Source: Phoronis australis
Taxonomy: Eukaryota > Animalia > Phoronida
Assembly: GCA_002633005.1 (NCBI GenBank)
Contig: NMRA01000047.1
Location: forward strand, 1-64,000
DNA length: 64,000 nt
Direction of reading: 5' to 3'
Shown: positions 53,701-64,000 of the stretch, piece by piece
How positions within the stretch are numbered: the first letter of the stretch is position 1
Layout: the number at the start of each line of letters is the position of its first letter
The notes under the pieces: model-generated
The model's database searches: none
Told to the model about the DNA's origin: nothing
Seen by the model: the letters and a program-made list of their open reading frames with translations, nothing else
Program-made: the position numbers and the translations under genes

Positions 53701-55265
53701 GCCGCTATACAAACAAATGTCGACATGAACATTTTTGGAGTACGAACTGCCTTGCGGAGAACGTCGAACACCTAGATACGACAGCAAGATGAAACCACGT
53801 GTGTATACGTGGATACACAAAAATCCGATGGCATGCAGGTTTTGTAACTTACGCGACAATTTTCCCCAGAAAACTGTGTTTGTGCCTCTAGACATCCTAG
53901 ATCATCCAGTGAGTTGAGCACTAAAGTAGCAAAACATTGCAGTCGATTTGTTGCAGTCTATACTGTGCGCTGTACCTATGTCCAGACCATGCAAAGTCCA
54001 ACTGGCAACAAAGTGACCACAAAACATAGGTGTTACTTAGTACTTCGAATCAAAACACCAAGACACCACTCACAGATAATTAATAAAATATGAAAGCGCT
54101 GGTAAGAATGGAACTGACCTACCAAAATCTGCACGGGTCACCATGACGGGGCTCGAAGTTCACCCTCTTATAATTGCTCCGTTGACAGATGGATGATTTA
54201 TCACCCGTCAAGAGTTTACTTTTCGACACGGGCAAAATAGATAAATTGTGCAGATAACAGCAGAGCAATATTGAATGTGTTGAATTTGCTGCAAACGACA
54301 TATTTTCAATGTAACGATGTAAGAATTTTTTTAAAAGAATATCGCATAGACAGTTTGCTTTTGTGTAAGAATTGTTACAATTATTTCGTCATTTTTTCTG
54401 ATAATTTCGGTTTCTGTAAATGAGGAAACGGTCTATTGGCAGTCTAGGAATGGACTTCAACTTGTCACAGACAGACCCTAGGAAATCTTACATTCGACTT
54501 TTTCAATGACTCGGTTATACATCATTATTGGAGAGGTCCTCATGCATGTTCTACATGTATAAACTATTGTGTGCCGGGGTCTGATCCCAGTTTGTCAGAT
54601 GACCCTGGGCCACTTATCACTAAATTCCACCTTTAAATAATTGATTTTGAAATGCAGAGGCGAATCCAGGATTTTGAGTCGGGGGGGGGGGACAGGGAAA
54701 AGTATTAGCCAGAACTTTGCCCGTCAGACCCCCTTTAATATCGTCACTGAAATGTGTAGATATTGTTCCTGTTTTGAAATAATTAGAAATTGGATTTTGC
54801 TGTGTTAGAGACAAGAGTCCAATTTTTTTCTCGACGTCAGATTTCGTAGCACACATCTACTTGGAAGTAATGATTGACACCGAGATAAGAGATCTGCTCT
54901 ATTCTTTATTGTGGTAAATTGGTAGTCTTCTTCTTGGTAACATAAAACAATGTTGATCGAATTTTTTCTTAACTTCATGTACACTTATTTGGGGGAATCG
55001 CAGACCTATTTAATAGTGCCATTGACTATCTACATATCGTTTTCATTTCAACTGTGATTCTGCAGAGCTCCTGAGGGGTACTTTTTCTGAAAACAACTCA
55101 GTGTGTTCTACACTTAGAAGAGAGCCATATGAAACTTAATTTGGAAATAGTCTTGAAAATTTTAACTAAAATACTAACAACTAAAATATGGTAGTTCAAC
55201 AATAATATCACATATTGACATAACACAATAATTAGAGGAATGAAGTACAATAAGCTGTTGCGCAA

Positions 55266-55870
55266 TGTACCTTGTACCTTGTACCTAGGCATTGTCCATC
55301 CATTGCAGGATGCAGCCCTCCGACAATGCCTTCCAATTTGTACTGTCTCTTGATCCTCTCATCCATGTTGTGCCTCTCGTCTTCTCGATGTCATCTCTCC
55401 ATCTGGCTTGGGGCCGTCCTCTTGACCTCTTTCCATATCTTCTAGGTTGCCACTCTGTGCATCCATAACGCTTAATCGTCGTGAGAGACCGTGCGGAGTT
55501 GGTATATGGTGCAACTCGTGACGGTCTGGGGTCTACAGAAAACCACAGTTCAACTGTGAGTCTACACCAGTGATGAACGAGGGTAGTTCTTCTTGCTGCG
55601 TCAGCTGCTGGTATGCTTATCTCTTTTACGACACACAATGTGTGGCTGGGCAAAGCGTTTTCAAAATAATGTGGATAAATCAGTGGAGTGTGAGACCCCT
55701 GAGGTCCCTGTCAAGTTCCCACGGCAATTTTACGTCATGTTTTTGTCCATCTGTTGTCCTGTGCTCTGGCCACGTGTCCGCCCCACTTCCATTTCAATTT
55801 CAGAATTGTCTTGATTATGTCCATGACTCCTGTTTGTACCCTTATCTCTGTGTATGGAATCCTGTCTATT
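55266..55870 (-). mobile_element. RTE-clade non-LTR retrotransposon 3' end, interrupted by a ~270-bp insert
   Basis: KWKWGGHVARAQDNRWTK, insert, TEWQPR..KRSRGRPQARWRDDI...W..LSEG.ILQW; tandem (GGTACAA) tail after the stop. Confidence 0.88.
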
Positions 55871-56746
55871 AATTTTATTCCAATACTGCCACATAAAATA
55901 AAGCAGACATTGTAAATTATTAAAAAACAAAATTGAAAAATTTAAAGCAAAACCAAGAGCAATGAGCGAACAAAACATTAAATCACGTGAAACTATAAGC
56001 TGAAATTAAGGTCCCAAGTGTGAAGAATAAGACGGTTAAAAGTCAATTTAACGATCCAGGTACAAACATTTCCCAAAATCGCGTGTTCTTGAATTCTCTT
56101 ACAGTTATCGCGGAAAATTAATCAGCGTCCCCGGAAAAGTTCTTTAGTTACTGACGGTTTTCTCAGTTGCATTGAAGGCATGAGGGTAAATTCACCTCAC
56201 AATGAGCGACTCCACGCCCGCAGCCAGGGGGGTTCGAGGGTTTCGAACAAACCCCCCTACGCGGAAAAGGTCCAGCCCTAGCCTATCCGTTAAAGATAGG
56301 ATACAGATGTACAACACCAAATTTGTTGCAGCTACTCGTACTACTAACTACAATGATAGCTAATTTAGTAAATGTTTTGAATTTGCTTCTGATTCAAAGC
56401 GCTTCACGTAATGATCGGGCCGTACCTAGCCATCTTCGCCCGAGTGGTATTTGCGTAGACGACAGGATCGTGCAAACGATTAAAGGAGGCTTTATGTTAC
56501 TCATCGGCATTGAACACACGTAGTGGTTACATCGTAGGAAAACAAGGGAGTCTAGAAATAAATGACTATACCTAGCTAAGCTAATATAACAGCGAGAGAA
56601 CTCCCAAAAAGTCACAGTTCGGTGTGAAAGCCTTAAAGTCCTGGTCTCACACGTTGTTAACCATTATTACATGGTTAGAGGATTTTATAAGTATCCAAGA
56701 AGTACTTGCCCTATAACTAATACACGATTCGCACCCGAAGAACCAC

Positions 56747-56778
56747 CGCCATTTTGAACTTACCGCGAACCCGGAAGT
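56747..56778. promoter_or_regulatory. Candidate promoter (YY1-like and ETS-like motifs)
   Basis: CGCCATTTTG at 56747 and CCGGAAGT at 56771 in CpG-richer sequence; minus-strand donor G|gtaagt at 56764. Confidence 0.4.
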
Positions 56779-57359
56779 ACAATTCATTCAGGAACCCAGG
56801 CTAAGAAAACGCCGTCACGGTGAATGGACGAGTGCCTGTTACCAGCCTGCAAACGGGGATATAATAATCGACAGCGTGCCTTAATTTTAATAAAATCAAA
56901 ATACGGACAATTTTATTGAATTTGCTGAAGAAATTTGGCGAATGAATTTTGACAGAAATTATTTTGCCGGACTGTCGGGACCGCAGCCTATCGGACCCGG
57001 TGCGGATCGAGACAAGACACTGGCGAACGATAACGGCATGCGGTTGCAAGCTGTTTTGTCGAAGTAAAATGTATGTTCAAATCATAAATGATGCATATAT
57101 TGAAAGGTAGTTGCAGACACTTGCATAAAATTGCAGGCTGGTTACTCCTGTGTCACACTGCCGCGGCTGCCCTTAGGTTAGCTAGCCTCAGTGCCAGCTA
57201 CCAGTATGAAGGCTATCGTCAAAATACAGCTTGTTAGTAGGCCTAGGCTACCCACAGATTCTCCGTCTAACGTGACTCATGACAGACTTGTGGCCCTGTG
57301 GCTGTCACGGGGATTGTGCCATGGCCGTGTCAGTCACCAGTCGGCATGGCCATGGGCAT

Positions 57360-58810
57360 AGACCCTATTCACGCGGCGGCCATTAAGATCCAAAGCGAGG
57401 CTCACTGCGATAAACAAAGCGAAAGTAGACATTGCGTGAGTTAAATAGCCGGTCTTTCGAGTCCAACCTGGATATTAAATTTTAATGATGTGTCGACAAT
57501 TAACCACAGAGACGTAGAAAATTACATTAGAGAAAAAGTTAAGGCGCCAAAGAGTTGTCTGACGAAAGGCTTTAATTTTTATCGGAAAACTAGGTTCGAA
57601 ACATGAAAAGTAAATATGTCCAAATTGCGGCGATCGTAGTGTTGCGGATTAGGTATTATGCTGAATGCAGGGTTACGTTTTTTCCTGTAAATTGTTGATC
57701 AAAATACTTTCGCGGACCAGGTCATCTGCTCGTATTGTTGACGAGTTGAAGACATGTTCGACAGTGGTGTCTGTCATGTGCAATTAGTCACATCTGGTTT
57801 AATTTGTTGATCAAGAATATTAACATCAAGCATAGCCTGACCCTATGCACTCACTGGGACTAACAGTTGATTTGTCATTGGTGTGAAAGAATAATTGATG
57901 TTATTAAGTATATTTTTATTAAAATAAAAAACCAGGCTCGTAATTGAAAATAAAAATTATTTGACCATTAATGCTTTCTTAGTTGTAATAATTCTTACAT
58001 CTATTTCATGTGTTAGATTTCAAATATCAATCTGGACCAAGTTGAATGTTAAAATTAAAGCACCTAATTCGTTCGTCCAAAACATAACATCGTTCTAGAA
58101 CTCAATTTCAGTTAACTCAGCAATCATAGTTATCATGTTTCTGCAGGAGCCTCTTTCGTCCGAGGGGAACGGTGCCAGTGCCTACTGAGAGGCGATTTTT
58201 TCGCCGAGTGAGGGCGGGAACAATCTACCTCCCGATCACCATCAATAGCACCCCCGCCCTGTTGCAANNNNNNNNNNNNNNNNNNNNNNNNNNNNNNNNN
58301 NNNNNNNNNNNNNNNNNNNNNNNNNNNNNNNNNNNNNNNNNNNNNNNNNNNNNNNNNNNNNNNNNNNNNNNNNNNNNNNNNNNNNNNNNNNNNNNNNNNN
58401 NNNNNNNNNNNNNNNNNNNNNNNNNNNNNNNNNNNNNNNNNNNNNNNNNNNNNNNNNNNNNNNNNNNNNNNNNAAATCCGTAGTCATGAAAACACAGCCT
58501 GGCTGGCCCATTCTCCGGTCGTTACTATGATGCTTAACAACTGACCGACATGCGACAAAATATGATCTAACTTTTCGAAAACATTTATAAATTTTACACG
58601 GACATATTTTCCTTCGTCGCGGCAACGGCCCAACGCTTCCGAATCTCAACGTCTTTACAGATTGTGAAGCAGACAGTTGCGTGTCCGTATTTTTTCTAGC
58701 CGTTCGCGGAACAACACGGTCTCAGAAACACAGAACTATGCCGATAAGCTAAGAGCTATAGTAGCGAGCCTCGTTTTGGAATGCGCCTCCTGTCGGCGTG
58801 AATAGGGTCT
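57360..58810 (+). mobile_element. ISL2EU-type DNA transposon nested in the intron of the second P copy; spans the gap
   Basis: 15-bp TIR agaccctattcacgc / gcgtgaatagggtct with AT on both flanks. Peptide STINHRDVENYIREKVKAPKSCLTKGFNFY resembles the N-terminus of the SWIM/YqaJ accessory protein. Confidence 0.78.
58268..58473. other. Assembly gap
   Basis: Run of N. Confidence 1.
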
Positions 58811-59599
58811 ATGGGTATGTTTTCCTAAGATTATACCTGCGATCGTACGGGGGAAATTTTGATTTGGAATTCATGGACTGCAAGTATCCAAAAAGCTGAC
58901 GATCACATCGTACATTCTTCATAGTCCTTCCGCCGGCAGCCCGTCTGTACAGTCAGTAGGCCTAGCCTACACTGCAGACAACAGTGGCAACGGGACTGAG
59001 ATCGACTAGTCTAACAACCGTAAACAGAGCACACAAAATGAAAGCCAATGTATCATATTAGTGAATAACAGATAATCTGAACCTTTCTGGATCCTTAGGA
59101 AACCTAAAAAATGACACGTCTGGGGTTTTCGTGGATGAATTCATGCAGTTTATCGCGCTGCAAAATGCGTCCTTCCCCGTTGTTTTGGCGCTTCCTGGTT
59201 GACAGTTGCTTAGTCACCACTTGGCGGCGCTAGTAGTAGCGGTAACAGCGAACTCACAAGTGAACTCTCCTATATCTACTACACTCCTTGCTCGAACTCA
59301 CGACCAAGCGGACATAGCGCGCGTGCTTTCCCACTGCACCACCACGATTTAACTCCTTAACCGTACTAAGAATATTTTTGGAAGGATATTTTTTATATCT
59401 TATACGAATGTATAAATCTGTGTGAGATAGATGACCCTTTGTGCCAACTTTGTGGTATAACCCCAAAAATTCGTGTAGACAGTAGTCTAATTTGTTTGGA
59501 ACGAGTGGTTTCAAAAGGGTATACGATACGTACACGATTTAGTTGACCCAGATAAAGGATGAATTTAAGATTATCATACCTTTCGTACACGTTTTTAAT

Positions 59600-60394
59600 T
59601 TTGCCTCTGAATTACTCATTTTTATGGAATTCAAAGTTCAATACTTTGTTCTTCGAATCATCTAAGAGACAAGAGTACTATAGTCACTCCATTTTTCCAG
59701 AACATATTTTCCGAATCTCCTCGGAAAATAAAGGGACGAGGAAAATATATCTATTAATCATTTCCAAATTGTATGTAAAACCTGTTGCGGAATTGAAGTG
59801 GGAGAGAGAACTTAGCTTATGCGATGATACTCAGTCTTGGAAAAAAAACATTCTGTAATTTATCATTGTACTTCCGATGTCAAACTCAGGTTATTTCAAT
59901 TCCGTGTCAACCGCAGACTTATTGGTATAAACTCTTATTTAAGGAAAATAGGTTTTAGTGAATCGTCTTTGTGTTCTTTCTGTGAGCACCACGAAGAAAC
60001 AATTCTACATTTGTATTGGGAATGCTCACATGTTCCGAAGTTATGGGAATGTTTAAAAACATGGATGACAAATCAGTGCGATTTCCCTCTGCCGTTAAAT
60101 ATGTCTACCGCCTTGTTTGGAGATCCAGCCTGTAGATTAGAAGTCATAAATTTAATTCTTTGCTTAAATGGATTTCATTCATGTAGGCAAAGACTGCAAA
60201 AGGCTAATCTCAATTTTCAGTCATTTTTAGGTGAGGTGCGTCATTACCACAACCTGGAAAAAATTACTTATAATTACAAATTGGATCCAGAGAGATTCCA
60301 GGCAAGGTGGTCTTCTTTTTTTTGCCTAGCAACTAGCTTTTATAGGGTTCGAATTCATATTGCTGTACAACTATGTACTGTTCTGTCGAATTAA
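59600..60394 (+). mobile_element. L1/Tx1-clade non-LTR retrotransposon ORF2 3' fragment (zf-RVT)
   Basis: KW...W, frameshift, KLRLFQFRVNRRLIGINSYLRKIG..SSLCSFCEHHEETILHLYWEC..V..LW. Confidence 0.88.
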
Positions 60395-61446
60395 TAAATG
60401 TTTCATTTCAAAAAAAAACATTCACGGTGTACGTTCACAGCTATTAATCGTGCATCACTGAAATTTGGTTGTTCCTGTCTTTTTAGTGGACTTTTGTCTC
60501 GTTGTCGACATTTTGTATTAGTTTTTGTTCTCTGAGGCGGTCTTTTTTTGCTCACATCGTCAAATGCTCGAGTCCCCCCAACCCCCACCCTGGGTGCGCC
60601 CACATTTTATAAAGGCAGCGCGGTTAAACGGGAACCCTTTCCTTTGTCGGGAACTTCCACAAAAGTACCATTTTGTAGATTTTTTTATCTATAGCACTCC
60701 TCTTTTATGAGTTATGAACATACAGAACGCGGATTTCTTAAAATTAAAATGAAAAAGTCTAGACGTTTAACTCCTAAAATGTACTTATATACGCACACAT
60801 GCTCAACCGTCAAGTGCGCCGTTTCGTAGCGACTTTGGTAGTTAGCAACCAACGAATTTGGGCGGCACGTGCAATAAGCATAAGCAGCTCATGCATTTCT
60901 TAATATTCTACCGATGTGAATTCCATAAAAGCTTCCATATTCATGTGTTTTTATGACACGCGTGCAACAACTAGAACTTAACATTCGAACACCACTTTGC
61001 TGGGCCTGCGTTTCCGTTGTCTAGTCACTAATTACCTTACAAGTTTTTGGTAAGAACAAATCGTTGGACAATGAAGAACCGATTTAGTACGCATTTATTA
61101 CTAATTAATAAATAAAAATGTCACCTGTACATAATTTTCCTGGAGATTTGTAGCTTAAGTCAGTTCAGTTATTCCTCTGAAATGATGTCGAGATTGGAAT
61201 ATCCGTGCATTCTAACATTTATCGGTCGCTCGACTGATCGTAGAATTCTGGCGAACCCAACAAGCGTCCGTGACGGGAGAGGAGGGCGGCGGGTTGACTT
61301 CGCTTCTAAACCAGCACTGTTTGTGAAGAAAGGCTTTTGTATCATGTAACGACAGACACTGACGTGTTTTCGCTTCTAAGAATAACTGCAGAAGTAAAAG
61401 AATTTTTTCCAAGGGTGGACAAGAGTTTAAATAACGTTAGGTTTAA

Positions 61447-61900
61447 AGGAGAATGCCACCCGATTTAATTAAATTTTTAACGTCTTAATCGGTCTATATC
61501 CACGTCGCCTCTTATACGGTTGACCTCACTTTGCCGAGAGGTGTCGCGTTAACCTGTGAGGAAGTTGAGAAGCGACGCAGAGGCGTCAGTGTTTGTCTCT
61601 AGAGTGAATGCCGTTTATATTGCGGTGCATCGGTTTCCGCTTGTCCGAACTATGAAGCTGCGAACAAATCGGGTATATCGTTTTTTTTTTTTTTTACTTC
61701 CTCGAGAGTCCGAAATGCTTAGGAAGTGGCTCCTGGCAGTGAAGAATGAAAGGTATGCTGTTAATAGCAAGTTTGAGGCCGTGAAACATCTAAGTCTGTG
61801 GCCGGCATTTCGTCGACAGTGATTTCTCTTACGAATTCCGGCTTACCAAAGAACTATCCATAAGTTCCGTTGTCTATGCATGTTCACGGCGCCTCTCTAA
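61447..61900 (+). mobile_element. Kolobok-like 5' end with frameshifted THAP domain
   Basis: TTAA|aggagaatgccaccc; from 61608 MP..CGA...CPN...GISFF.LPRESEMLRKWLLAVK...VCGRHFVDSDF. Confidence 0.72.
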
Positions 61901-62439
61901 TATTTCTTGATCAGTGTATTCCGGCTCGAACTGATAGCCTGAGAAACCTAACGATCCGACCCCTGAAGTCTTCGTCGGATGAGCTCTTGACTAAGTCGGG
62001 ATTGGCGCAGGGCGAGTTGCCATGTAGACGTTTATTATTCTGCGTTCTGTTTCACAATGAATTCACTGATTCTCATCTTAAAATGATCCTAAACAATGCT
62101 TATATGAAACTGAAACAAAGCCTGTCTCATTAGATACAATTTGTAATGCCTTAAAGTGCTCGTGAGTGCACATGTTTTGAGAAGCCAGCAATGAATAAAC
62201 CGCTGCGTTACCAGCTTTTGATGCCGGCAACAAAGGTAATTGACCGGGCACCAAGGCCATGTGAGCGCATGCTAATTCAGTGTTTGCTTGACAGAAAGCT
62301 GTTGTACAGAATTTGTTGAATGCACGACACTTTTCATTGTTCACGGTCTTTATTCCGTTGCGTTCATACTTTCTGAACAAAACTCTACTCTCTACTGAAC
62401 ATAGATACAGTAACTGACCTAGCGACATAATTAAAAGAC

Positions 62440-62665
62440 ACACGATATTTCGAAACATACTTGTTTCATTCTCAAGTGAAGATAAAATGACGCAGTAATG
62501 CCACCACAGAGTATAAGCTGATGACACACACAGTGAGACACGGCGGGTGTGAAATACTGCAAAGAATGACTAATGAATTGGGGTAACAGGAAAGTCACGC
62601 AAACAAGTGTAACGTGCGGCGCGACCCTGTTTGAGCAGCACGCGTACATACATGTACGCGCCATT
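62440..62665 (-). pseudogene. Possible further THAP remnant
   Basis: aaaATGG start, MARTCMYACCSN (CxxxxCxN); downstream motifs decayed. Confidence 0.35.
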
Positions 62666-63399
62666 TCCGAAAAATTGTGATACCTCTCGAGAGTTTTTCT
62701 GAAACTGGGCTTTCTGATAATAAAATAGGAAAAACTTTTAATGAAATGAAACCACTTGCGATTGTTATGACATGTACGTAACCTCACATTTGTTTGAATA
62801 ACATGGAAATTGGCAAATAGGTGAAGCAATGGCGCCAAAGAGCGCATCGCAAATTTAGCAGCTAATTGCCGGTAACTGAAGAACGTCAATTTTCGAACAC
62901 CAGCGTAAATAATTTAGTTTACCCAAGGAAGAGTAAGAATTTTTTAATGAGGCATCATTAATTCTGGCGGCGACAGGCCCGATGAATTACATACGCGACA
63001 GAAGCCGGAGGAAGTGAAATTAATCCGACGGAGTGACGTCACCCAGGCCATTAAGCCGACGAACTGACGTCACCAAGGCCAGTACAAAACTGGCCACCCT
63101 CCCTCCGCATCCGCGAAAAAACGGCCCGCGAGACAAAAATAGAAAACCTTGAATCCAAATAGGTGGCCGGTCCAATACCTGGGCGCAACGAAGGTTCGTA
63201 ATGGAGCGAGGGAGACGGAGTTTGTGCAAACGATGCATTCTATATAGTAGATTGTCACATGTTAGGGAAATCTTTATTTAGAAACAAAGAATATAAATCG
63301 GTAAATAAAACAACAAGAATGGATCAACTGAAATTTGAAATTTTCGGATGTAACAACTTCCTTTATCAACAAAAACAGAAATAAAGTAAAATCAAACAC

Positions 63400-63929
63400 A
63401 AAATGACAATTGAAAATCCTATTTCCTCATCCCCCTATAATTTCTTGGAGAAAATGTAAAAATCTAAAGAATTATTTAGTTAAAGCTAATATCGACTGAC
63501 AAACCTATTGGCAACACACAATGTAACAAAACTAGGTGTAAAATGTGTAACTTCATCAACGATAGCACTTTTTTCCAGTCTTCCCAAACCAATGAAAACT
63601 TTGAAATAAAACATTATTCTGATTGCACCACCAACAATTTTATTTACCTTAAAACTTGTAAAAAATGTTCTATCCAATACGTAGGACAAACTCAACATAA
63701 TCTACAAACTCGGTTTCGTAATCATAGATTTAACATAATACATAAAAACATTTCTGATACTATAGGTAATCATTTCAATTCCAAAAACCATAATATTCAA
63801 GATCTTTCTGTACAAATAATAGAAAAACTCCAACACCCCAGTACCCCTCACAGACTTAAAAGAGAACAATATTGGATAGACAAACTGAATACAATAGAAC
63901 CTCATGGATTGAACATAAAAGCTTCTTAA
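63400..63929 (+). mobile_element. Penelope-like element GIY-YIG endonuclease fragment
   Basis: PIISWRKCKNLKNYLVKA, CKMC, NFIYLKTCKKCSIQYVGQT...RFRNHR...GNHFNS..H...LKREQYWIDKLNTIEPHGLN. Confidence 0.92.
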
Positions 63930-64000
63930 AATATGTCATTGAATTTTTTACGCAAAAATGTATCATTTTCATTACACCATATCTTATATGTCAATTGTCA

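Larger units (their letters stand above)
57250..59290 (-). mobile_element. Second, truncated copy of the P-type THAP element
   Basis: TIR variant ends at 59290. Leader, THAP exon 1 (start ATG changed to ACG) and intron align with 26023-26290 and 33933-34320. Confidence 0.87.

Noticed and set aside
58172-58649. ORFs spanning 58268-58473
   Set aside because: They are open only because they cross the N gap.

Overview
AT-rich, repeat-dense eukaryotic DNA from a draft assembly (single-N joins at 1017, 4410, 27302 and 34010; gap 58268-58473). It is most likely a metazoan invertebrate, judged from spliceosomal introns and the transposon repertoire. Only one apparently intact host gene is visible: a three-coding-exon FAM151/Menorin (DUF2181) gene on the minus strand (50733-47684, 306 aa, N-terminal signal anchor). 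The rest is transposon-derived. (1) A young but defective BEL/Pao LTR retrotransposon (1-8861) has an in-frame deletion of most of RT and no canonical PBS. (2) A three-level nest with recognisable boundaries: a THAP P-type element (26023-36410) contains a hAT-like element (26290-33932), which contains a Ginger1-type element (26299-33010) with Ulp1+PHD remnants, a TIR-derived 76-bp minisatellite and an SGNH-like fragment. (3) Also present: two ISL2EU-type elements with AT TSDs, Kolobok/THAP remnants, a second P copy, an old BEL, RTE, L1/Tx1 and Penelope fragments, and several foldback structures. No CRISPR, rRNA or bona fide tRNA genes were seen. Family assignments come from motif recognition by eye, not database searches.
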